Positions 45,616 to 56,126 of a DNA stretch of 64,000 nucleotides are shown here, piece by piece. The notes under the pieces were generated by a model that saw only the letters and a list, made by a program, of their open reading frames with translations, ran no database searches and had not been told where the DNA came from. This DNA comes from an uncultured Bacteroidota bacterium (GTDB lineage Bacteria; Bacteroidota; Bacteroidia; 2-12-FULL-35-15): NCBI GenBank assembly GCA_903870175.1, contig CAIQBY010000166.1:1395-65394 (forward strand), in the 5' to 3' direction. Position 1 is the first letter of the stretch. Each line of letters opens with the position of its first letter. Position numbers and translations under genes: made by a program.

Positions 45616-48090
45616 TTGAGCCTCTTAAAGAGAAAACAATTGATGCATAATAATTATTTAGAAGAATTAAATCCGATACAGCGGGAAGCAGTGGAATGTA
45701 CGGAAGGTGCGGTGATGATAATAGCAGGTGCGGGTTCGGGAAAAACGCGTGTGCTGACTTACCGGATTGCTCATTTGATGAAAAAGGGGATTGACCCTTT
45801 TAATATTCTTTCGCTTACGTTTACCAATAAAGCGGCGCGTGAAATGAAGGAGCGGATAGCGAAAATAGTGGGTGAAAATGAGGCGAAGAATCTTTGGATG
45901 GGTACATTTCACTCGGTGTTTGCAAGGATTTTGAGAAGTGAGGCGGAGAAGCTTGGTTACCCAAGCAACTTTACGATATATGATACGGATGATACGAAGA
46001 GCCTTATAAAATCGATACTTAAGGAGCAGGGACTTGATGATAAAATATATAAACCGAGCATTATTCTTCATCGAATTTCTACTGCTAAAAATAATTTAAT
46101 TTCAGCTTCGGCGTATCTTAATAATCCGCAGATAATGGAGGAAGACCGGCAGGCGGTGAAGCCGAAAATGGGGATTGTGTATCAGATGTATGCCAACAGA
46201 TGTTTCAAAGCAGGGGCAATGGATTTTGATGATTTGCTTTTTAATACTAATATTTTGCTTCGCGATTTTCCGGCTGTGCTCCATAAATATCAGCATAAAT
46301 TCAAATATATTCTGGTGGATGAGTATCAGGATACTAACTTTTCGCAATATGTAATTGTGAAACAACTGGCGGCTGCTTTCCGCAATATATGCGTGGTTGG
46401 GGATGATGCTCAAAGTATTTATTCGTTCAGAGGTGCGAATATTCAGAACATTTTAAATTTTGAGAAGGATTACCCTGAATTGAATACGTTTAAATTGGAG
46501 CAGAATTATCGGTCAACCAAAAACATTGTTGGTGCTGCAAATTCTGTTATCAAGAATAATAAAGAACAACTCAAAAAAAATAGTTTTACTGCTAATCCCG
46601 AAGGAGAATTGATAAAAGTGGTGCGTACTGAAAGTGATAATTCGGAAGGGAATTATGTGGCTAATTCGATATTCGATACGAAGATGAATGCGCAGGCGCA
46701 TAACCGAGATTTTGCGATACTTTACCGCACCAATGCTCAGTCGAGAGCGATGGAAGAGGCGCTTCGGAAACAGAATATTGATTATCGGATTTATGGTGGA
46801 GTTTCTTTTTATCAACGAAAAGAAGTGAAGGATTTGCTTGCGTATTATCGGTTGACGATAAATAATAACGATGAGGAATCGTTGAAACGGATTATTAATT
46901 ATCCTGCACGAGGCATCGGCGATACTACATTGGACAGAATAATAGTGGCTGCAAACGACCACAACATAAGCCTTTGGAAAGTAATCGAAAATATTAATGA
47001 ATTTGAAATAGGATTACATGCTGGAGCAAAAACGAAAGTGGATGAATTTGCTTCGATGATAAAAAGTTTTTCCGCAATGCTTCATTATCAAAATGCGTAT
47101 GATTTGGGGCAACATATTGCTGTGCATTCAGGTATTCTTCGTGATTTATATGCTGATAAAACGCCGGAAGGTGTGAGCAGACACGAGAATATTCAGGAGC
47201 TTTTAAATGGTTTGAAAGAATTTTCGGAAAGTGAGATTGAGGTATTGAATGATATTGGGGAGGAAGAAGAAGTTGAAAGTTTAAAGTTGAAAGTTGAGGA
47301 CGATGTTCAGGAAGAAAAAAAGGAAGGATTGAAAATTGAACCGATGTTTCAGGATGAACAAAACAATGATTCGGCAGGATCAGCAACCAAAACAAAAGAG
47401 CCGACATTAAATATTTTTATGCAGGATATTGCATTGATGACGGATTCTGATAAAAAAGCGGAAACGGAAGAAGATAGAAATAAAGTTACTTTGATGACGA
47501 TACATTCGGCAAAGGGATTGGAATTCAAATATGTTTTTATTGTTGGATTGGAAGAAAATTTATTTCCTTCGCAGATGTCGCTCACTGACAGAGCGGATTT
47601 GGAAGAGGAACGAAGATTATTTTATGTGGCACTTACGAGAGCGGAAAAGCGCGCAACACTCACCTACTCTACTTCACGATATAAATGGGGAAATTTAATT
47701 TACAGTGAACCGAGCCGTTTTATTGAAGAACTGGATGAAAAATATCTTGAATTACCTTCAGAAAATAGTGGCGGAATGTTTGGTGCAGAAGATTATTCAA
47801 TCAAGCCAAAATTGAGGACAGGCAAAGCAAAAGAGACGTTTACACAACGTCCTGTTATTGGAAAAAAATTAGTCAAAGTTAATAGTGCACAAAAATCAAC
47901 TACTGATTTTGATACTGAAAGTCTTCGTAATTTGCAGGTAGGAATGAATGTGCTTCATGATAGATTTGGGAATGGCAAAGTGATTAGTATGGAGGGTGCT
48001 TTCCCGAATAATAAGGCTACTGTGTTTTTTGAAGGTGTTGGGCAAAAACAATTGCTTATTAAATTTGCTAAATTGTGGATTGTAGCATAG
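45616..48090 (+). CDS. uvrD: ATP-dependent DNA helicase UvrD/PcrA family
   Basis: 824 aa. Motif I (AGAGSGKTRVLTYRIA) and the SF1 UvrD motifs throughout. Confidence 0.95.
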   Translation: MSLLKRKQLMHNNYLEELNPIQREAVECTEGAVMIIAGAGSGKTRVLTYRIAHLMKKGIDPFNILSLTFTNKAAREMKERIAKIVGENEAKNLWMGTFHSVFARILRSEAEKLGYPSNFTIYDTDDTKSLIKSILKEQGLDDKIYKPSIILHRISTAKNNLISASAYLNNPQIMEEDRQAVKPKMGIVYQMYANRCFKAGAMDFDDLLFNTNILLRDFPAVLHKYQHKFKYILVDEYQDTNFSQYVIVKQLAAAFRNICVVGDDAQSIYSFRGANIQNILNFEKDYPELNTFKLEQNYRSTKNIVGAANSVIKNNKEQLKKNSFTANPEGELIKVVRTESDNSEGNYVANSIFDTKMNAQAHNRDFAILYRTNAQSRAMEEALRKQNIDYRIYGGVSFYQRKEVKDLLAYYRLTINNNDEESLKRIINYPARGIGDTTLDRIIVAANDHNISLWKVIENINEFEIGLHAGAKTKVDEFASMIKSFSAMLHYQNAYDLGQHIAVHSGILRDLYADKTPEGVSRHENIQELLNGLKEFSESEIEVLNDIGEEEEVESLKLKVEDDVQEEKKEGLKIEPMFQDEQNNDSAGSATKTKEPTLNIFMQDIALMTDSDKKAETEEDRNKVTLMTIHSAKGLEFKYVFIVGLEENLFPSQMSLTDRADLEEERRLFYVALTRAEKRATLTYSTSRYKWGNLIYSEPSRFIEELDEKYLELPSENSGGMFGAEDYSIKPKLRTGKAKETFTQRPVIGKKLVKVNSAQKSTTDFDTESLRNLQVGMNVLHDRFGNGKVISMEGAFPNNKATVFFEGVGQKQLLIKFAKLWIVA

Positions 48091-48654
48091 ATGAGAAAAT
48101 TAATATACAAGCTGCTTTTACTAATCAGAAATAAAAAAGTAAGAACGAGACCAAATAATTTAAAGATGCTAGCAAATGCAAAATCGTTTTATGATTTCAA
48201 ACTGAAATCAATTAATGGAAAGGAAATTGATTTTTCAATTTATAAAGGGAAAAAGATTATGGTTGTGAATACTGCATCAGCATGTGGTTATACGCCGCAA
48301 TATGATGATTTGCAACAATTGTTTGAGAAGCATAAAGACAAGCTAATTATTCTCGGGTTTCCATCAAATAATTTTGGCGGGCAGGAACCTGCAAGCAATA
48401 ATGAGATATTAGCTTTCTGTATTAAAAATTATGGAGTAACTTTTCCTTTGTTTGAAAAGTCGGATGTGACAGGAACAAATCAAAATATACTCTATAAATG
48501 GCTAACAGATAAACAGCAAAACGGCTGGAATACTCAGTCTCCGGACTGGAATTTTTGTAAATATCTTATTAATGAGAACGGCGAATTAATAAAGTTTTAT
48601 TCTTCATCAGTAAATCCACCGAGTGATGAGGTTTTGAAAATTGTTTCTGATTAA
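48091..48654 (+). CDS. Glutathione peroxidase
   Basis: 187 aa. A catalytic Cys block (NTASACGYT), then FPSNNFGGQEP and WNF motifs. The true start may be the internal Met (MLANAKS..). Confidence 0.9.
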   Translation: MRKLIYKLLLLIRNKKVRTRPNNLKMLANAKSFYDFKLKSINGKEIDFSIYKGKKIMVVNTASACGYTPQYDDLQQLFEKHKDKLIILGFPSNNFGGQEPASNNEILAFCIKNYGVTFPLFEKSDVTGTNQNILYKWLTDKQQNGWNTQSPDWNFCKYLINENGELIKFYSSSVNPPSDEVLKIVSD

Positions 48655-48788
48655 TCTTTTTAATCGACTTAATTGCTTTCAAATGCAACCTTTTATAATG
48701 TTTATGAGTCTTTAAGTTATAAAATCATTAATTTATTTTTATTCGAACTCAATTTTTTTTATATTTGTACTTTAATTAATAAAACACC

Positions 48789-51206
48789 ATGAAAAAATTA
48801 TTTACTCTTAGCCTTTTTGTCCTATGTGCTTTTATAACTGCATTTAGCACAAACTACAATTCAACAGGAAGCACTGCCTGGAATCTTACTTCTACCTGGA
48901 TTTCTGTACCAGGAGGTGTGCATGCGGTTCCTGGCTCTGGGGATAATGTTACAATCCTGAATACTCATAATGTGGAAGTGTCTCGTTTTGGGTCGTGTGC
49001 CAATCTTACCATTAATTCAGGTGGAACATTAACCTATTTGGCAAATGTTGCAATTACTGTAAATGGCAGTTATACTTTATTGGGGACTGAGTCAGGCACA
49101 GGACAGTTAAAGTTTTCCGGTTCAGGTTCTACCCTAACGGTAACAGGTACTGTAGGTGCAAATGTTATTTATAATTTCAATGCGACCTGTTCAATTGCTG
49201 GTTCTTCTGTGATTTCTAAAACTACAAATACAGTTATAAATTCAGGTTGCACAGTTACAAACAATGGAACTTATACAATGGGTTCTTTCACAACTGCTGC
49301 AAGTTCTCAATGGACAAATGTGGGTACTTTAACTTTGACAATTAATGGCTTTATGCCAAACGGTTCAGGCACTTTCGATGCTTCATCGGCATCAAATACG
49401 GTAGTGATTAATTATGCAACGGGTGATATTCCTAAAACGTCAGCCGGTTATTACCATTTAACAGTTTCCGGTACAGGAACAAAAAACTTATTGCAAAATT
49501 TGATAACAGCAAAAAATCTTACAATCAGTTCAGGCGCCACTTTAAATTCAAATAATTTCAATTTAACCATTGGAGGCAATTGGAGTAAACCAGGTACTTT
49601 TACAGCAAGTGCTGGCCACACAGTAACTTTTAATGGCACTGCTGGACAAACCATTTCAGGTTCTGGAACAACAACTTTTGAACAACTAACCGTGAGTAAC
49701 ACGACGGCTAATCCTTTATTGGCCATAGTTTCTATTACCTCAGGATCGTATATTCTTAATGATGTACTTACAATGAATCATGGAATATTTAACACCAATG
49801 GAAATAATTTTACAATGATTTCGGATGCGACAAAAACTGCTAGAATTGCACAAGTTGCAAGTGGATGTAATATATTGGGCAATTTTATTATTGACAGATA
49901 CATTTCTACTAGAGACACAACATGGGCAGACTTATCATCACCTGTTCAAGGTTCTACTTTTAATGACTGGGCCAGCGAATTGCAGGCAATAAGCTATAAT
50001 TATGTTGCAGGTTCCTCATGGCCAACACAGGAGACTTGGAGCGAATCGGCTAATGATTTTGTCCCTCTTACTTCTTCAAGTACAACTTTAACACCTGGGA
50101 AAGGGTTTGAAGTATATTTGTCCGGTGATTTTGCCATGGCGAATTTACCAAATACCACACTTACTACAGTTGGAGTACCAAACTATGGAGACCAGAGTTT
50201 AACAAGTTTGATTTCTTATACTCATGCCTATCCTGCGGGAAGTTCGAATTTAGTTGGTAATCCATTTGCTTCCAGCATTTCCTGGAGTGCTGTTTTAGCT
50301 GCTTCAACTCATCTAGACCCTACCATTGATATGTTTGATTACACGGCGGGTGCTTATACAAATTATAGTGCAGGAACGGTTATAGGTTCTACTCAAGGAT
50401 TTTGGGTATATACCCTTACAAACACTGCCACCTTCAACATACCGGAAAGTGCAAAAACTACTGCGACCAGTAGCAGTTTAAGAACCAGTATTCCTGAAGA
50501 TTTTTTCACTTTGAAACTCTCCAGTGCAGATAATAAAACTCCATATTATCAAATATTAAAAGTTGGTGCTTCTCAAGATGCAACAGACGGATTTGATATC
50601 GGAAAAGACCATTGGTTCAGAAAAAGCCCAATGAAGACAACTCCTGTTTTGTTTTCAACAATAGACAGATATCAATCAAGTATTAATGTTTTTAATTCCA
50701 ATGACGAAAATTATGATATGCCTATTTCCACTTCAGTTGGAATTTCAGGTTATTATAAATTGGATGCAAACAACTTTGGTATTCTAAGTGAGTATAGCTG
50801 CATTACTCTTGAAGATAAATTATTGAATAAAACAATTGACTTGAAAGCTCAACCTTCATATTCATTCAGATTAAACACAACAGATAATGAAAATCGTTTT
50901 ATCATTCATTTCAGCAAGTCAGGAAACTGTAATGTTTCTTCAGGATTAAAAAACCTTTCAACATTTGAAAATCATACTGAAATATTACCAACGCTTTATG
51001 GAAATATAATCAACTTTAATTTAAATGAAACAACTAATTCAAAAGTTAGTGTAGTAAATTTATTAGGTCAAACTATTGTTGAACCAACAAACGTTGAGGC
51101 ATTAAATCAATCTATCAATATCCACTTACCTGAAGGATTCAGTGGAATGTATTTAGTAAAAATTGAATCTGAGAAGGAAACTACTATAAAGAAATTTATA
51201 AAATAA
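48789..51206 (+). CDS. Large secreted repeat protein with T9SS C-terminal sorting domain
   Basis: 805 aa. Signal peptide. Thr/Ser/Gly/Asn-rich beta-strand repeats. C-terminal CTD (NVLGQTIVEP...GMYLVKIESEKETTIKKFIK). Confidence 0.75.
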   Translation: MKKLFTLSLFVLCAFITAFSTNYNSTGSTAWNLTSTWISVPGGVHAVPGSGDNVTILNTHNVEVSRFGSCANLTINSGGTLTYLANVAITVNGSYTLLGTESGTGQLKFSGSGSTLTVTGTVGANVIYNFNATCSIAGSSVISKTTNTVINSGCTVTNNGTYTMGSFTTAASSQWTNVGTLTLTINGFMPNGSGTFDASSASNTVVINYATGDIPKTSAGYYHLTVSGTGTKNLLQNLITAKNLTISSGATLNSNNFNLTIGGNWSKPGTFTASAGHTVTFNGTAGQTISGSGTTTFEQLTVSNTTANPLLAIVSITSGSYILNDVLTMNHGIFNTNGNNFTMISDATKTARIAQVASGCNILGNFIIDRYISTRDTTWADLSSPVQGSTFNDWASELQAISYNYVAGSSWPTQETWSESANDFVPLTSSSTTLTPGKGFEVYLSGDFAMANLPNTTLTTVGVPNYGDQSLTSLISYTHAYPAGSSNLVGNPFASSISWSAVLAASTHLDPTIDMFDYTAGAYTNYSAGTVIGSTQGFWVYTLTNTATFNIPESAKTTATSSSLRTSIPEDFFTLKLSSADNKTPYYQILKVGASQDATDGFDIGKDHWFRKSPMKTTPVLFSTIDRYQSSINVFNSNDENYDMPISTSVGISGYYKLDANNFGILSEYSCITLEDKLLNKTIDLKAQPSYSFRLNTTDNENRFIIHFSKSGNCNVSSGLKNLSTFENHTEILPTLYGNIINFNLNETTNSKVSVVNLLGQTIVEPTNVEALNQSINIHLPEGFSGMYLVKIESEKETTIKKFIK

Positions 51207-51229
51207 TAGAACAAAAAAAATCAAAAGTT

Positions 51230-51463
51230 ATGAGAAAGAAAATTTTTAAAGTATCGATAGTATTATTTTTAATAGGTTCACCATTATTTATTTCCAATGC
51301 ATTTGCAGGCATGGGCGGCGGTGGCGGTCACGGCAAACCCTGCGGCGGTCCATTTCCTCCTTGCCCGGTTCCAATTGATGGCGGAATAAGTTTGCTGCTG
51401 ATTGCAGGTGCTGCTTACGGAGGCAAAAAAATATATGACCTTTCAAAAAAGAATCCCGCATAG
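51230..51463 (+). CDS. Tiny secreted Gly/Pro/Cys-rich peptide with PEP-CTERM-like tripartite C-terminal sorting signal (PVPIDGG-TM-KK)
   Basis: 77 aa. Signal peptide (MRKKIFKVSIVLFLIGSPLFISNAFA) and a ~20-aa mature region (GMGGGGGHGKPCGGPFPPC). Then PVPIDGG, a hydrophobic helix (ISLLLIAGAAYGG), and KK. Sits immediately upstream of the exosortase-like gene. Confidence 0.5.
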   Translation: MRKKIFKVSIVLFLIGSPLFISNAFAGMGGGGGHGKPCGGPFPPCPVPIDGGISLLLIAGAAYGGKKIYDLSKKNPA

Positions 51464-51482
51464 GGATTCTTTTATTTTATAG

Positions 51483-52004
51483 TTGATTATGAACTTTTCT
51501 TTCTTTAAAAATCCTACTGTAAAATTTCTCTTCTTCATTTTTCTCTTTTACATTTCCTGGTACTGCATTTACAATTTATGGTTGCACCCAAATGAAATTT
51601 TAGATACGTTTGTTATTAATAAATCAAGAGATACAAGTAAATGGATTTTGGAACACTTGGGCTATGTTGTGTTTACAGGTGAAGAGGGTGTTGTCGGGAT
51701 TGATGGCAGCGGCGGAATTTGGATCGGCGACGGATGTAATGGAATTGCGCTGTTTGCTTTGTTTACAGGTTTTATAGTTGCTTACAGAGGAAACTGGAAA
51801 TTAAAAATAGTTTATATCATTTTAGGAATTGCCTGCATTCAATTCTTAAATGTCATTCGTTTTGTTGCTCTGGCAATATTAGATGTTCACAGCAGAGCTT
51901 GGACTGAATTTAATCATACATACACCTTTACCATAATTATCTATGCGTTTATTTTTATGCTTTGGATTTTATGGGTGAATAAATTTTCGAAGAAAAAAGT
52001 CTAA
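51483..52004 (+). CDS. Exosortase-family intramembrane transpeptidase (XrtF-like)
   Basis: 173 aa polytopic membrane protein. Candidate catalytic Cys (IGDGCNG) and the N..R motif in a TM helix (FLNVIRFVAL), as in exosortase/archaeosortase families. Small size matches the XrtF subgroup. Confidence 0.6.
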   Translation: MIMNFSFFKNPTVKFLFFIFLFYISWYCIYNLWLHPNEILDTFVINKSRDTSKWILEHLGYVVFTGEEGVVGIDGSGGIWIGDGCNGIALFALFTGFIVAYRGNWKLKIVYIILGIACIQFLNVIRFVALAILDVHSRAWTEFNHTYTFTIIIYAFIFMLWILWVNKFSKKKV

Positions 52005-52058
52005 TAACTAAAAAGATTTTATTTAAATTTTTCAATTCAAATTTTGGAGGAATCAAAT

Positions 52059-53147
52059 TTATTCCTCTTCCAGAGAATTACTCGCAGAATAACCTCTCCA
52101 TTTTTTAATTACTGAAAGCATATCATCCGGCAATTCAGAATCAAAATAAAGTTCATTTCCGGTAATAGGATGAATAAAGCCCAATGACTTGGCATGCAAA
52201 GCCTGGCGTGGCAATAAATCAAAACAATTATCTACAAATTGTTTGTATTTGGCAAAAGTAGTTCCTTTCAAAATCCGGTCGCCGCCATAGGTATTATCAT
52301 TAAACAATGAGTGCCCGATATGCTGCATGTGCGCCCTTATCTGGTGTGTACGACCTGTTTCCAATTTACATTCTATTAAGGTAACATACCCGAAACGCTC
52401 TAAAACCTTATAATGTGTAACGGCATGTTTCCCGAATTCGCTGTCAGGAGGAAACACATCCATCTTTTTCCTGTCCTTCAAATGCCTGCCGATATTGCCT
52501 GTCACCGTTCCTTCCTCCTCTTTAAAATCACCCCAAACCAAAGCAACATACTTTCTGTCCATGTTTCTGTCAAAAAAATCTTTTGCCAATCGAGTCATTG
52601 CAATTTCTGTTTTTGCAACAACCATTATTCCGGTTGTATCTTTATCCAATCGATGCACTAATCCAGGACGCATAACAGACGGCGAATGCTTGCTGTCCGA
52701 AGACTCAGAATAACTAGATGTAGGGGTCGGCAAATTTTGAAAATGATAAACGAGTGCATTGACCAAAGTGCCTTTATAATTGCCGTATCCGGGATGTACC
52801 ACAATTCCGGCATCTTTATTTATGATAATTAAATCATCATCCTCATACACAATTTTTATAGGAATGTTTTCCGGAATAAGTTCTATTTCGCGCGGTGGAT
52901 GGGCGAATACAACTGTGATTACATCGTAGGGCTTAACTTTATAATTAGATTTTACAGGCTTATCATTTACCAGCACATTTCCGTTTTCAACCGAATGCTG
53001 AACCCTGTTTCTTACTGCATTTTCAATATGATTAGTAAGATATTTATCAATACGAATAAGCCCTTGCCCTTTATCAACAACTATTCTATGATGCTCGAAT
53101 AATTCCTTATCTTCCTGTTCGTCCAGAACATCTTCTTCTTCATTCAT
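52059..53147 (-). CDS. rluD: RluA-family 23S rRNA pseudouridine synthase (RluD-like) with S4 domain
   Basis: 362 aa. S4-like N-terminus and a catalytic HRLDKDTTG motif. Confidence 0.9.
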   Translation of the reverse strand: MNEEEDVLDEQEDKELFEHHRIVVDKGQGLIRIDKYLTNHIENAVRNRVQHSVENGNVLVNDKPVKSNYKVKPYDVITVVFAHPPREIELIPENIPIKIVYEDDDLIIINKDAGIVVHPGYGNYKGTLVNALVYHFQNLPTPTSSYSESSDSKHSPSVMRPGLVHRLDKDTTGIMVVAKTEIAMTRLAKDFFDRNMDRKYVALVWGDFKEEEGTVTGNIGRHLKDRKKMDVFPPDSEFGKHAVTHYKVLERFGYVTLIECKLETGRTHQIRAHMQHIGHSLFNDNTYGGDRILKGTTFAKYKQFVDNCFDLLPRQALHAKSLGFIHPITGNELYFDSELPDDMLSVIKKWRGYSASNSLEEE

Positions 53148-53165
53148 AAAATAATCAGTAAATAT

Positions 53166-55208
53166 TTATTTGATTTTGATGAACCTGTTTGTCGAAATTG
53201 TTGTTTCATCTTTTATGGTGATGAAATATATCCCTTCGGAAAGGTTTGATATATCAATACTTTCAACAGCATTTATTCTGTTTTCTGAAATTAAACTGCC
53301 ATAAATATCAGTAATCGAATATGTGATTTTTGCTGATTGATAAGAAGAATTTATTTTAATAAATAATTTATCGTTGGCCGGATTTGGATAAACGGAAATA
53401 TTTTTATCCGCAACTGGAATATTTTTAATCCCTGTAAATTCAGCAGCAGTACCAAACACAGCACGCATCATCATTGAACCTGGATATGGTGATGTATACC
53501 AGGTACCTGTTGTATTGTAAAATACTTTATTCATATTATTTGTCCTTTTATCCACTCCAACATTTAAAAACTGATTGGTGTTTTGTAAAAAACCAACGTA
53601 AAAAGTAGATGCATGAAGATAAAGCGGAAGATAAATCGGATTTGTTAAATAATATCGAATAAAATGGTCAGGACCATAATTGATTGTATCATATTCCGGC
53701 GTAAGTTGAAGATTAATATTATCAGAATAAATTTCGGCACCCGGCTGACCTCCAACATCATTCCAAACTTTCATTACGATGGTATATAAAGTTGCATCAT
53801 TCCAAAGAGGATTAAAATAAATATCTATACAGCGCAAAGTATCAGGTATTGTAGAAGTAAATTGTTGGGCTAGTTCGCCAAGCACCATTGAGGTTCCACC
53901 AAGTGCAAAGGCACTTTCCGCCGAGCCGTCGTCGTAGGCATAATAATTTAGAAACTTTTGTTTTGTTCTTACAGTATCATTTAGATGGTTTTTATCAGGA
54001 TTGGTGTTAAGCACTGCTTCAAAATTATATGTAATAGAATCATTTAATACAGGTATTACTGGCAGCGGACTTGCATTGTAAGTATAATATCCGGAAGAAG
54101 TATAAGGGTTAACATTATCAGAAGAATTTGGGGAACAAAATACTTGTATATGAATACTATCAACACAAAAATCAAAATTCACGTTTTTGGGAATGTTATA
54201 ATTATTTCGTAACAAAACATGAATGGAGTCTTGCATAAAAGATGTTTTATAATGCTTCCAAGGCATGGCTGTATATGTTTTCAATAATGAGGGAGGGTCA
54301 TAAACAAAAGCAACATCTTCAAATAAAGTATCATACATATTCCTATTTTTAGCCAGATAAACATTATCAATACTCCACTGGTCACCATTGCCGCTGAGCG
54401 TAGCCCAATTTCTAAATCGAAATTGAAAACCTGCTTTCAGAAACGTAGTATCAGTTACAGGAAGTATAACATATTTCCAACTGCTGTCATTTGCAGGAAG
54501 CGGATATCCGAAATGCGCCCAGCGTTCCTGCCATATCACCGAATCGTAAGGTTTAACGTAATCGACTATCTGGCCAATTGCATCAGATATTGAAACTATA
54601 GTATCTGTAAATGTAACTGAATCGTAAGAAAATAATGTGTCTTTTACAAATGTAGTATCATGAATAGTTTTATAAGCAGTTGTTTTTTTGCCAAACTCAA
54701 GTATTAACGAATCCGCTGATTCAGGCGCATTCCCACGGCCCTGCGGCTGATAATAAAAACTTAAATATATTGAATCTCCTGCAACTTTGTTTTTCAAATT
54801 TATTCTTTTCGAAGTGAGTACATCAGCCTTACCTGTAGAATATTGACTTGCTAAAAAGTCGTAAGGATAACCGTGCTCATTTACTCCATCAAAAGTTGCA
54901 ACACCAATGGTAGGCGGTGCAATAGGGTAATCTCGATTTATAAAAACATAATTATCCAGCCATAATGCAGTATCAGGAAATGGACCTCTCTTTGAAAAAT
55001 CATCTAAAAAGGGAGAAGAATCAATGTTCAGAGTGTCATAAACTGAAGGAGCAACATAAACCGATTTTTGATTTTTGATTTCATTCCATTTTTGTAACAA
55101 CACATGATTTGTACTCAATGGCACTTCAATCAGTCCCTGAGAGCACAGAATGTTGGATAGCAACATACAAATTGAAGCTAAAAATATATTATTGATCGTA
55201 ATTTTCAT
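53166..55208 (-). CDS. Secreted hypothetical protein with T9SS C-terminal sorting domain
   Basis: ORF 53166..55238. The likely start is the internal Met with a signal peptide (MKITINNIFLASICMLLSNILCSQG). C-terminal CTD (ISVYPNPANDKLFIKI...GIYFITIKDE). Confidence 0.7.
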   Translation of the reverse strand: MKITINNIFLASICMLLSNILCSQGLIEVPLSTNHVLLQKWNEIKNQKSVYVAPSVYDTLNIDSSPFLDDFSKRGPFPDTALWLDNYVFINRDYPIAPPTIGVATFDGVNEHGYPYDFLASQYSTGKADVLTSKRINLKNKVAGDSIYLSFYYQPQGRGNAPESADSLILEFGKKTTAYKTIHDTTFVKDTLFSYDSVTFTDTIVSISDAIGQIVDYVKPYDSVIWQERWAHFGYPLPANDSSWKYVILPVTDTTFLKAGFQFRFRNWATLSGNGDQWSIDNVYLAKNRNMYDTLFEDVAFVYDPPSLLKTYTAMPWKHYKTSFMQDSIHVLLRNNYNIPKNVNFDFCVDSIHIQVFCSPNSSDNVNPYTSSGYYTYNASPLPVIPVLNDSITYNFEAVLNTNPDKNHLNDTVRTKQKFLNYYAYDDGSAESAFALGGTSMVLGELAQQFTSTIPDTLRCIDIYFNPLWNDATLYTIVMKVWNDVGGQPGAEIYSDNINLQLTPEYDTINYGPDHFIRYYLTNPIYLPLYLHASTFYVGFLQNTNQFLNVGVDKRTNNMNKVFYNTTGTWYTSPYPGSMMMRAVFGTAAEFTGIKNIPVADKNISVYPNPANDKLFIKINSSYQSAKITYSITDIYGSLISENRINAVESIDISNLSEGIYFITIKDETTISTNRFIKIK

Positions 55209-56013
55209 CATCTTTTGTATTTGTTGATGTTGTATCAACGCTAATTACAGGTATTTTATTGTGGTCGGTCGTGAAAAATAAATCGACAGTAGAACCCATT
55301 TTTAAACTTTTATCTCTTCCGCACTTTGGTAATTGTCTGTAAACCTTTGACGTTGCAGAGTCTTTAGGTTCGTCAAACGATATTGCTCCTGCACTTAAAG
55401 AAGCATCCGTTAATTTTTCCAACGCTTCTTTTTTTGACAATCCATATAAACAAGGTACGCCCACCTCTTCATCACTCAATCCTTTTCCCACAACCAAATT
55501 AATAACAGTTCCTTTAGCAATGCTTTCTCCCTGTGTAATTTTTTTCCCTTTTACAAGTTGATCCAGCACACAATTAGCGCATTGATCGGGGACAAATTTT
55601 ACTTTTCCAAGTTTCAAACCATAAGTTGTCAGCATTGCCTGAGCTTGTCTTAACGAACGGTCGATTAATTTTGGCATCACCACAGAAGGCGGCATTAATG
55701 AGTTAACATATAAATAAATTGTCCGTCCGTCTTTCACTTCTGCCTTTGGTTCCGGCTCTTGTTTTATTACTGTCCCCTTTGGTGATTTAGTATCGTAAAT
55801 TGAATCAACCACTAAATATTTTACACTTTTATCAGAAATGAAATTATCCAAATCACCTAATTTAACACCGGTAAAATCAGGTACTTTAATAGTTTTTCCA
55901 TGACTTGTGTATGAACTTAGCCAGAAAGTAATTATCAGGCAAACCATTGCAATAAACACCAAATATAAAATAAGATGTTTTAAAAATGCTTTGCTTTTAA
56001 TAAAATTAAACAT
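55189..56013 (-). CDS. PASTA-domain membrane protein
   Basis: 274 aa. N-terminal TM followed by three PASTA-like repeats. PASTA–rluD linkage is conserved in Bacteroidota. Confidence 0.7.
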   Translation of the reverse strand: MFNFIKSKAFLKHLILYLVFIAMVCLIITFWLSSYTSHGKTIKVPDFTGVKLGDLDNFISDKSVKYLVVDSIYDTKSPKGTVIKQEPEPKAEVKDGRTIYLYVNSLMPPSVVMPKLIDRSLRQAQAMLTTYGLKLGKVKFVPDQCANCVLDQLVKGKKITQGESIAKGTVINLVVGKGLSDEEVGVPCLYGLSKKEALEKLTDASLSAGAISFDEPKDSATSKVYRQLPKCGRDKSLKMGSTVDLFFTTDHNKIPVISVDTTSTNTKDDENYDQ

Positions 56014-56126
56014 ACCCTTTTCTCCCGGTATTTTTTATAATTGTAAGTATAGAATGTTTGTAGGTTTGCAATTATTCCTGATTAAAGGAATGTGTAATCC
56101 CTTTAAACCATCAATGGAATTTGCAG

